From contig CAJFCJ010000005.1 of NCBI GenBank assembly GCA_904063045.1, forward strand, positions 354,003 to 418,002: a stretch of 64,000 nucleotides of DNA, in the 5' to 3' direction. Below the pieces are notes generated by a model. That model saw only the letters and a program-made list of their open reading frames with translations. It was not told where the DNA came from and did no database searches. This DNA is from Dimorphilus gyrociliatus. Lineage: Eukaryota > Animalia > Annelida. Positions 50,701 through 60,952 of this stretch are shown here, piece after piece; within the stretch, counting starts at the first letter, position 1, and every line of letters starts with the position of its first letter. A program made the position numbers and the translations under genes.

Positions 50701-52600
50701 TTGGATTTACTGGTCAACCCGGAAGAGACGGTCAGCAAGGAGCTACCGGATTAAGAGGACTCGATGGTTTACCAGGATTTAAGGGGGATAAAGGACAACG
50801 AGGTATAGTTCAAGTATTTAATTTACCTTATTTTATACTCTATTCCTAAATTTAGGATTTGATGGGCGTCAAGGTCCTCAGGGAATTCAGGGATTTACTG
50901 GTCAAATTGGTAGGCAAGGTGATACTGGTAGACCAGGACGAGATGGTTTCAATGGGTTGCGAGGAGATACCGGCTTGGCTGGCCGAGATGGCAGGCAAGG
51001 TGACACTGGTAGACCAGGACGAGATGGTTTAAATGGGTTGCGAGGAGACACCGGTTTGACTGGTCGTAAAGGAGAAAGAGGAAACACTGGATTTAATGGA
51101 CTTAAAGGAGAACGAGGCTCTACTGGCCCCATTGGTCCTTTTGGACCAAATGGTTCAAAGGGTCAAAAAGGAGAAAGAGGTCCAATGGGCCCTTTCGGAC
51201 TAAATGGGGCAAAAGGAGCAATAGGACCTGAAGGGCGTCAAGGACCGGCTGGTTCAAAGGGTCAGAAAGGAGAAAGAGGTCCTATGGGCCCGTTTGGATT
51301 AAATGGGGCTAAAGGGGCAATAGGACCTGAAGGACGTCAAGGACCGGCTGGTTCAAAGGGTCAGAAAGGAGAAAGAGGAAGCAATGGATTTAATGGACTT
51401 AAGGGAGATCGAGGCTTTACTGGCCCTATTGGTCCTTTTGGACCAAATGGTTCAAAGGGTCAAAAAGGAGAAAGAGGCCCTATGGGCCCGTTTGGATTAA
51501 ATGGGGCTAAAGGGGCAATAGGACCTGAAGGACGTCAAGGACCGGTTGGTCTTAAAGGAATTAAAGGCGATAGAGGATTTAATGGTATTCCTGGACTAAA
51601 AGGCGAGAGGGGTGTAGGTAAGAGTAGATATTTATTCTTTTGTTCTAATGAATGAAACAAATGTGAGGATCCCCTAGGTTTACCTGGCAGAGATGGAATC
51701 CGTGGGCCAACTGGTTTCACTGGACCTGAAGGTCCTCGTGGCATAGGATCGCCAGGAACTCCTGGAGGAATTTTTCCTGTAATAAACGAGTGCCTAGTAA
51801 ACAATGGTGGATGTCAACAAATTTGTATGGACACATACGATGGTTATTGCTGTATGTGTGAAACTGGATACTCACTTGTTGCTTTACCCGTTCAATGTAG
51901 CACAGCAAACTTGGAGTGCTTCGAAACGCCAAGAACGGGATATATGTGTCAATGCCGTTTGGATAACGGCAATTTGTTACCAATAAACGGAACGGCGTGT
52001 CAAGGTAAAATTAACAATTCATTTTCACTCAGTTCTTCCACAAGTAATGATTTTTCAGATATTGACGAATGCAGATCTAGAAATGGAGGTTGTATGCACC
52101 ACTGTAGAAATACAGTCGGTTCATACTCTTGTAGTTGTAATTCGGGTTTTAGGTTAGCCCCTGATGGGCACACTTGCTTAGATATAGATGAATGTCGAAA
52201 TAACGTAAATATTTGTGGTGGAAATACATGCGTTAATACTCCTGGGAGTTATTCTTGTACTAGAATTGTGGCTGCTGCAGTAAAATCAAATAATAATGTG
52301 GAAGATGACGAGCTCTCCAAAAAATCCAAATCTATATCTATGAACACTCTCCTCATAGTAACAGTGTCGGCTACTGTTATAGGAATAATTCTGAATGTAG
52401 CAATTATAGGTGTTATCTATAAAGCAAGGAAATGGTACAAGAATAAAAATCAGAATAAGAGTTTTGATACTCTTTCAGTTGGAACTAACAGTACTTCCAA
52501 TGGTTTTGGTAGTATCAGATCATTCGATAGTAATATGTTGAAGAGAGGAACTGTGAGGAATGACGATCATCACCTCCCAACAGAAACTAAACCTCTCTAA
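47770..52600 (+). CDS. Type I transmembrane collagen-like protein: signal peptide-MAM-MAM-Pro-rich linker-about 700 aa Gly-X-Y-EGF repeats-TM-cytoplasmic tail
   Basis: Signal exon MILKLLLTICLLSVS. MAM motifs (CNFE, CLSFWY, LAIDDI) and a PVPAPAPVP linker. Collagen exons end at 50585, then 50641-50802, 50856-51617 and from 51678. cbEGF motifs DIDEC. TM LLIVTVSATVIGIILNVAIIGVIY followed by basic KARK. Confidence 0.9.
49598..50425 (+). repeat. Coding tandem array within the collagen exon: units of 186, 228, 228 and 186 nt
   Basis: Unit starts at 49598, 49784, 50012, 50240 (next unit at 50426). The 228-nt units carry an extra 42-nt GxQGNPGFGIKGQK sub-repeat. Units are near-identical at the DNA level. 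Confidence 0.92.
51089..51545 (+). repeat. Nested coding repeats (99-nt units inside a 297-nt duplication) in the third collagen exon
   Basis: GERGPMGPFGLNGAKGAIGPEGRQGP units start at 51170, 51269 and 51467. GFNGLKG blocks at 51089 and 51386. Confidence 0.85.
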
Positions 52601-52875
52601 TTGTCTATTTTTAGAAATTATCTAACAACTTCCGATGTTGTATTGGCTGTTATTTTAGATACTAATTAATAGAGAATTAGCTAGTATATGTTTGAATTTA
52701 TATCTCTTTTTTGTTCATTTCCCATTCAACATTCTTTACTATTTGACGTTTTTTTTAAAAATAAACTGGTACAAAAGACATTTTTCTTTTCGTCGCAATA
52801 TCAGACCGTAAGATAAGCATTGTGGAATGTCACTTTCTATTCTATTTTCATTTAATTAATTATTAAGTTCAGAAA

Positions 52876-52947
52876 GGGGAATTAGCTCAGTGGTAGAGCG
52901 CTCGCTTAGCATGCGAGAGGTCCCGGGATCGATCCCCGGATTCTCCA
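52876..52947 (+). tRNA. trnA: tRNA-Ala (AGC) copy 2
   Basis: Same sequence as the other copies except T instead of C in the D-loop (CAGTGG vs CAGCGG). T-run terminator downstream. Confidence 0.97.
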
Positions 52948-53357
52948 GATATACTTTTTTTTATTATAAATGAAAAGTACTTGATAATATTTTTGGAAAA
53001 TAACATATTAATAATTAGAAGTGATAGATGGCGCCACAGTAATAGAGATTTCCATTAAACTTTCAAAGAGACGTTTTGCGTAGAAGTTTTATGATAGTAT
53101 TGATGATTTAGCCATATTGTACATCGGAAATGTGTATCGGATTATTGCTGTTTATAAATCTAAGCCTATATATTTATGCATATATTGTCAATATTAGCTT
53201 CCTTTACTGCAAATCGATTTGTCTCTTATCCTTTTCACAATTTGGAAAATTCCAAGAAAACCGTTTGTAGTTTTATACGTTCTATAGAAGTTGAAAGCTC
53301 TTTTTCGCGTTGCTTTTTACACCAGTAACAATAAATTAAATGATGAAACAATAGGAA

Positions 53358-53429
53358 GGGGAATTAGCTCAGCGGTAGAGCGCTCGCTTAGCATGCGAGA
53401 GGTCCCGGGATCGATCCCCGGATTCTCCA
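53358..53429 (+). tRNA. trnA: tRNA-Ala (AGC) copy 3
   Basis: Identical to copies 1 and 4; T8 terminator downstream. Confidence 0.97.
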
Positions 53430-53990
53430 GTAGGGCCTAGATTTTTTTTCATCTTAAACCTTCTTTTTAGGAATTCAAGACATTATTTTTTGTTTATTAT
53501 AAGCAATAATTCAATTTTTAATAATTCCAATGAATTTGGACGAATAACAATTTACATTAGTTAACTAACCGACGCAATTTTTTCTTCACTTAAAAGAGAA
53601 AAAGAAAGAAGGAGATTAGTTAGCAAACAATGGAGAAAATATCTATAAAAAGAACAATATTCAAACTATATTTGTTAAAGTTTTAATGAAAAAGCCTTAA
53701 TGTTAATAATGAACTTTGAAGACTTTAAATGCTATTAATCTGAATACCTTAATTCTTATATACGTAGTTCAATGTATATCCTGTTTTTCTGTAATCATAT
53801 TGCAAGTATAAATCATAATTCTTTCAATAATTTATTCATTATTCCTAAAAAAATATGCTTATTATAATATTGAACTTGCAATTTCTCTTATTTAATAGTA
53901 TTTCAAAGCACTTCCTCAGTAAGGATTACCAGTTGAATACGATTTGTTCAACTCGCAACATTTTCTTATCATTTATCTACTAATAGGGTT

Positions 53991-55355
53991 ATGCTACTAA
54001 GACCGATTTTCTTGTTTATAAATGGTTATTGTTATTATTATAATAATGTATTGATTGCCGCTTTTGTTAACTTTTCTTATCTTTTATCTTTGAAACATTT
54101 AGCATTTGATATCATTTCAAAATTTCAATGCCAACTGACTTTCTATCCGAATATACTTCACGAAAACAATAATAAAACACTATTCAAACAAGGTGGAGAT
54201 TTCATAAACATCTTTCCAGAAGATGGATTTCAATTGCAGAGAAATGGATTATTAATTGGATGGTATTATAAAAGATTAAACAACATTACTTGCTATTTTG
54301 GTAAGAAAATATATAAAGCTATTGTTAAATGTATTGTATCTTTTTCATTTTAGACTTTTGGGAGAAAATTTCAGAGAATTTATTTGAGATGAAAGTCTCT
54401 TCAGAAGTTCCTAAAACAGAGATTAAACAATATTCCCTTTTGACGCTTAAACAACCTTATAAAGTTAAAAGGAATTGGGCAATTGGATTTCATTTTAACA
54501 TATCTCAAACTATTGGTCATTGTATTGGATACTCTGATGAAGCTGATCTATTTCCTCTAGCAAAGAGAGAAATGGCTAGTAGTTATAAACTTGATGGAAA
54601 CATATTAGAAACCATAACTAAAGATACATCTAGATATTATTTCTTCCATGCGCTTGTCATCCATGGAGAGATACTAACTATAGGTTTAAACTGTTTTGTT
54701 GTTATTATTATCTCTAATTAATTAATTTATTATTATGAATGAATATTCCTAAATAGTTTCCTGTCGTAGTCAGGATGGAAAGGAAATAGATTTGAAATTA
54801 AACAATCAACGTTACTCTCTATCAGAAGATGTCGTCTCGAAACAATTCAACTTGACAATTACACCCTTCAAACGTATAGACAGAATTATGTTAACTACAA
54901 ATCACTACCATTTTGTTACCATAGAAGCGTTATTAACGAGAAATTCAGGTACTTCGTTAAAAAACGAATTTTGCGATATTGTATTAAACAAAACTATGGA
55001 CGCAATTCATTATTTTGAATGGAATTGTATAAAGATGAGACCGGATAGTATAATACTACAATCGATTGAAAACTTCAATTTCACTGACATTTATATTATT
55101 GGTGAAATAAAACAAGCATATAGGATTTTATCTAAAAATAAGATATTCAACGAAACTAGCGGATATATTGAATTATGCGATAATTTTTCAAGTTGTAAAG
55201 AGATTTGCGATTCAAATACCCATTGTATTGGTTATTCAATGGATGGAAGATATTTTTTATTATATTTCGATACAGTAGTTATCGATAGTTACCAAACTGT
55301 TCATACTATTGCGTATTTTGTTAAGACTGATTTGCAATTTAATCCAGTATGTTAA
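53991..55355 (+). CDS. Putative secreted multidomain beta-sandwich protein with a C-terminal PAN-like domain, paralog C1 (exons 53991-54024, 54103-54300, then two more)
   Basis: Phase-1 introns give an open frame. Motifs GLLIGWYY, FWEK, WAIGFHF. C-terminal CKEICDSNTHC. Collinear with C2. Confidence 0.65.
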
Positions 55356-55877
55356 GAGATAAAATACATGAATTGTTAAATATAGCTTATATATCCTGTA
55401 GCAAAAAACTGTTGAAGATATATCAATTGATATCCAATTGTACTTTAAAATCACTATCGTTCTCTCCTAATAATACAAATAAGGGGAAAATCGTTAGATA
55501 TAGTTTGAACAGTTATCAATTATTTATTTTACAAGAAAGGTCTAGTATCTAGTACAGTTAAATAGTAGGATTATTATAACAAGTGTACTAGATATGATTT
55601 ATTACAAAGCACACATGAAAATAATTTATACTCGGTCGGAGCTGTTCAATTTTGAATAAAAAATACATTTATCAGCAATTCAAGACATCAACATTTAAAT
55701 ATAATTCATATTGTAAAAAGTACATTGAGATACAAAAAAATAGATATAAAGAAAGTTCATTATCAATTTATAGAATTCTTTCTTTAATACATTAAACTCT
55801 TTAACAATTTGCAACTAAATTCTACAGCAAAAAATTGTAATTATATCCTACAAGTAGGAAAGGCGTTTCTTTTTAGG

Positions 55878-57243
55878 ATGAGTTCCATTATCCCTGTTTG
55901 TTTTATTCAAGGTTAGATTTAAATTTAAACTAGCTTTTATACTTATTGATTTATTGTAACAGTCATTTCCCAAATTCTACCTAGTGCTTGTAAAATAGGA
56001 ATATTTCCAAAACTTCCATCGTATTCAGATATTAGTTCAGCTAATTTGGGAAAGGTCACTATGTTACCAATATTTTTGAAGGTGGAGCACATCACTTAGC
56101 AATTGACGGTTACTTAATTGGATGGTATTTTCTAAGAATTAACAATTTTAGCTGTTTTATGAGTAATTTTTTCTTGTTGTATTGTTGTTTAATAGTTTAA
56201 TAGTAAACATTATTCATTTTATCAGGTTTTTGGGAAAATCAGGGAAATAGAATCTATCAATTAAAAGTTGCAACAGAAGTAAAACACGAAGCTAAAATAT
56301 CCAGTTATGATAAAATGATCCTTGAGAATCCTGTACCTATAAAAGGCTCTTGGTATTTTGGTATACATGTGAAAACTATACCAGCCGATAGACATTGCAT
56401 AGCATTTTCTTCTAAGAGTAGTATTTTCGAAACATCCAATCGTCGATTAGCTGACGGGACTTTTTCCGTCAATGATATCGGTTCTTTTCAAACATTTGCA
56501 TCGTTAGAAAAACGATACTATTTTATGAACGCAATTATAATTGACGAAAAATTCCTTGATATTGGCAAGTTTCTATTGTATTTTATAAAATAATAATTAC
56601 ATTATTAATATAATAATTTAATGTTTTATTTACAGTTTCTTATCAAACTAATATTGAATTAACTTTATTAAATCTCACGCTCGATCAAGCTTTAAAATTG
56701 ACTTACAATGTCAAAGAGTATATGTTTGTATTTCAAATTGCGAAATACCAATACATTGAGACTGTTTTAATAGTTTTTGAGAAATCATACATAAATCTAG
56801 AAGTCTACGCTGGAAATTTTAATATCAGCTCGCAGAGAAAGTGCACTGCTGAGTCAATTTCTGATAGTGACACACTTAAAGATTCTATCCTACATTGGAT
56901 ATGTGATTTTAGATATTATTCAAAAATTACTGTATTAGCTCACAGCGGAGAAAATATATCAAAAGTCTTCGTATTCGGAAAATCAATGGCTTTTAGATTA
57001 GTTCATACAAATTCTACATCAAGGAATAGCCTAAACATATATAAAAACTGTAAAAGTATTATTAACTGCTTAAAGGAATGCGAAGATGGCGGTATTTGCT
57101 CTGGAATTGGAATGACTAAAAATTCCTATTTCTTATGGCAGAAAGTCGATTCATTTTCCACCGAAATTTTTCAAAAACTTCTTTTTGAAAAGACGCCTTG
57201 GAATAAAAAAGATTTATCTAAAGAATGTAATAGTTCTAGCTAA
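55878..57243 (+). CDS. Paralog C2 of the above, carrying a single frame break at about 56048-56054 (frameshifted gene, young pseudogene or assembly error)
   Basis: Exon 1 55878-55911 (11 codons, as in C1). Exon 2 55963-56162 is 200 nt versus 198 nt in C1. Exons 3-4 are open, joined by a GC-AG intron at 56565-56635. Confidence 0.55.
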
Positions 57244-57918
57244 CATTAACACCATCTCCGAAATAATAATCAATAAATATCAAATATATCAGATATTTTG
57301 AAATTTACTTACAATTCATTGTTTAACATTCTTTGAATATGATTTCGCCTGCGCTCCCTTTCCTGAAAATGTAGTATATCGCCATACGCTATTTCTCAAA
57401 GTTGTTTAAATTATCGATTGTCGTGATGACAGTCTTAAAGGTTGGGTGGGGAGGAGAGTGTCACTGACCCTTTGGTGTGCTTGTTTTTGTCTATGGCATT
57501 GAAAACTAGCACTTGACTGGGCTATGTCGTAATCCAAGTTCATCTGAGTCATTGTAGTTACCTGTTGTTATTTTTTCATAATTGTCCCAACTTGCATTTT
57601 TTTTTAGAGAAAAAATTAATGGCTATGTGCCAAACTCTACGCCACAATAGTTGACTGCATATACATATATACACTAATATAGTGTATATATAGCTTAATC
57701 AATCTTACAATTATCTTATAATCTAACTATACTTGAATTGGCGTATTGCTAATATCTATCAAAAATATTCTATTATTAAGGTCTACCATATTATCATATT
57801 ATTTCGTAATACAATTTTTGGATGACTCAGATAATTCATTTATGGTTATTCATTCGAATAAAAGGTCTATCTTGACAAATAATGTGTCACATATCTATAA
57901 GCTGAAGTAGGCGAAGCA

Positions 57919-58977
57919 ATGAAAAAAAGAATGTTCTTTCCTGGATTACTTACAATATTAATTTTAATACTTTTGTGTTATTATCAAACGCATGTTGGAA
58001 AGATTACGTTGCAATCTCCTCCATACACAACAAAGTATCGAAGATGTGAGTTTTTGACATTAAAATATAATGATGTTTATACATTTTATAAATTGTATAT
58101 AGTGAAATCAGCAATAAAATTGGAAAAAGACTACTCACTACCGTCCAATTATAAATTCAATTTAAGGTCATCCTCAAATGAGTTTCTTCATAATTTTCAT
58201 TTGCAAACACTTTTAAAGGAAAAATCTTACTGGAATACAAAGCTTCTACTGAGAAAGCAAATGAATGAAATTCACTTTCGAGTTCGAGTTAAAAATGTAA
58301 ATGAATTAATGAAATATCCCAATGAAAGTGTTTGGTTGGAAATTAAATATAAACCTTATCATATCGCAATATGGAAAGTTGATGTGGCAATTAAGATTAT
58401 AAAGCTCTCTTCTTCCATTACTAGACATTTTCATATTAGACAGAGATTATTAATAGGTTTGGAAAATTCCATTGAAAAGCTTACTTGCCAGCATCTTAAG
58501 GATAAATCTCACAACTCGATTAATGTTTTGGATGATCCTTTAACAAGAACTCTATTAAACGTTACAACAACAAAAGACAATCATATAGTTCAAGTGAAAT
58601 TAATTACAAAAGCAGGAATAACAACAATTAATCAGAGTGGAGTATATTTTATTGATCAATCGTTATGTAACTGGAATATGCATTACGCAACATACAATGG
58701 AAACGATTTAAAAGTAATAAAATTTAAGAATATGATTTTATTGTCCAGCAAAGAAAAGGAGAATCTAATAGTGAAAATAAATAGAAGGAAGAACGTTCAT
58801 AAACAACTAACATATTTTAACATATATATAAAAAAGACGTATTTTAATACTATTACGTCAAATGGTATTGTTGGAAATTTAAGTAAACTTCAATTAAAAT
58901 CAAAGAAAATACGCCGATTAAAGTATTTCAATAATAGAAATCTATTTACAGCATTTAAAAGCTTAAAATGTAAATAA
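57919..58977 (+). CDS. Intronless 352-aa protein with an N-terminal signal/anchor; degenerate inter-alpha-trypsin-inhibitor heavy-chain-like (VIT-like plus ITI_HC_C-like)
   Basis: The ORF is clearly open. The family call rests on manual motif matches (EFLHNFHL, FRVRV...WLEIKY, HFHI, C-x15-DP-x6-N, YFNIYI...SNGIVGNL); no search was run. Confidence 0.55.
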   Translation: MKKRMFFPGLLTILILILLCYYQTHVGKITLQSPPYTTKYRRCEFLTLKYNDVYTFYKLYIVKSAIKLEKDYSLPSNYKFNLRSSSNEFLHNFHLQTLLKEKSYWNTKLLLRKQMNEIHFRVRVKNVNELMKYPNESVWLEIKYKPYHIAIWKVDVAIKIIKLSSSITRHFHIRQRLLIGLENSIEKLTCQHLKDKSHNSINVLDDPLTRTLLNVTTTKDNHIVQVKLITKAGITTINQSGVYFIDQSLCNWNMHYATYNGNDLKVIKFKNMILLSSKEKENLIVKINRRKNVHKQLTYFNIYIKKTYFNTITSNGIVGNLSKLQLKSKKIRRLKYFNNRNLFTAFKSLKCK

Positions 58978-60074
58978 AGGATTGAAGATTGAAGGATACG
59001 TAACATTTTCTCTGTTTGTGTTTAGATTGATATGATTAAACGATCATTATATTTTGGCTTATGTCATTTATAAATAGATAAGCCGTATCAGAGAAATGAA
59101 AAGCAATCTGTATAGATTGTATATAAATAAGTATTAGTTATATGTTGTCGAGTTTTATTTTGTTTTATTGTTGATACATCGTACAGAACTGCCAATACTG
59201 CTCTAAACGTAAAATCGATATATAATTCATTCGGTATTCAAGCTATTCAAGAAATGTCTTATTGTTTTCAATGAAAAGTAAACTGTTGGACTTTGTCTTT
59301 ATTTTGTTTTTATTTTCTACGTAATGCGTTTACTTTCTTAAATATAGAACTTATAAGCTTATAACGGCCGATTTGCTATTCAATTTTTTCTTGCCTATAT
59401 AGAATTGAACAGTAATAATTGAATTTGTTTTATAAAATGATAATCTACTCTTTTGAAATCTTGTAATAGATTTCAGATAAATTCCTTTTAAATAATAAGA
59501 AAAATCAACTAAACACCTTACATAGGATCGGTTATACTATTGCTAAACAGTAAAGAGCTTCTGTTAGCATTAAATATTATTTATTGTTAATTGTCGACAT
59601 GGTGTCTAGCAGACAGATTTCAGCTATAAAAAGAGACATTTGTCGTCTAAATCTAGAATAATAGACAATTTTGTATATATATAGAAAATTTATCCCTTTA
59701 ACCTTGAGACTATTTTCAATACAGTTAATTAATTTTAACACTTAAAAACTACTGAAAAAGGGATTTTTTTGTTGAGAAAAAGTGTTTTATTAAATCAATG
59801 ATATCGCCGATATGAAAATAAATCACTTGATTCGTGACTTTGCTTTATAGTACTTGCGAAATTCTTTACAATCTTATGTCATTTCTATTATAATATTGTA
59901 CGTCTCTATTTCTATAATTAGATCATTCCCAGGGTTGAAAATACTCTCTTTTCTTTCTCTCTCTCTCTAACTTGAGAAGAAAAATATCTTTCTAACAGTA
60001 GAAAAAGTAGCATTCATACTCGTATTGTTTTATAAATTTTATACTTTTATTATTACAAAAACCAAAAAAAACCT

Positions 60075-60146
60075 TGGAGAATCCGGGGATCGATCCCGGG
60101 ACCTCTCGCATGCTAAGCGAGCGCTCTACCGCTGAGCTAATTCCCC
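60075..60146 (-). tRNA. trnA: tRNA-Ala (AGC) copy 4
   Basis: Identical to copies 1 and 3; T-run terminator downstream. Confidence 0.97.
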
Positions 60147-60909
60147 ACTTATTGACCTTATCCATCTAACAAAAACAATGGATAGTAGTATGATACCCTT
60201 AAAAATTTAAAATATGTATAACATAAATAGTTCAAGAAATGTGTTTGTTGAAATTTAATCAATTTATTAATAAACTTAAACGATACACGAACTATATTGT
60301 AAACCGCACAAAGATGGCTAATTTCCCATCTCTATCTCGGTTTCATCTATTAAAGCAACTGGTGGCAGAAAAAAGTAAAAAAAAGGATAAATCCTTAACG
60401 ATTTGTCTATAATTTTCGCATGAATATCAAATGGTCACCCAAAAAATTATTTCTTGTAAAAACACCTATAAGAGCTTCTAACCATATAGCCTGTTTCTAT
60501 GTCCAAGCTAAAATTACCAAACAACAAGTTGAGAATGAAAAGGTTATTCAATCTGCCATATTTAATTTTTACATTTCTCAACAAAAATACGGAAATACTA
60601 AATAAAAAATTTCCAATAGTAGGGGATTTCAATATCCGCTTACCTATAATATTTAATTAAACTGTACTACTATGTCTATTAATAAACAAATGTATAACAC
60701 AAACGAAAAAAAACTCCTTGTTCATTAAAAAAAAACACTAAGTGTTTATCTTATCTTACAATTTTGAAAAATAATTCATAAAAGAAAAATGCATATGTGG
60801 TTCTCATCCTTTTTTTATATATAACAAAATAACTTACAATTGATAACCTTCTCATTTTATTTCAATGAATAGTCACGAGAATTACCGTGTGTTAAACAAA
60901 TATTATTCG

Positions 60910-60917
60910 TATAAAAG
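60910..60917 (+). promoter_or_regulatory. TATA box of protease copy 1
   Basis: TATAAAAGGAG about 43 nt upstream of the ATG; conserved in copy 2. Confidence 0.7.
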
Positions 60918-60952
60918 GAGACACATATTCATTGACAATTATCATTTCCAAC

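Noticed and set aside
46575-60075. The two minus-strand tRNA-Ala copies are exactly 13,500 nt apart
   Set aside because: Numerical coincidence; flanks are not homologous and there is no periodic structure.
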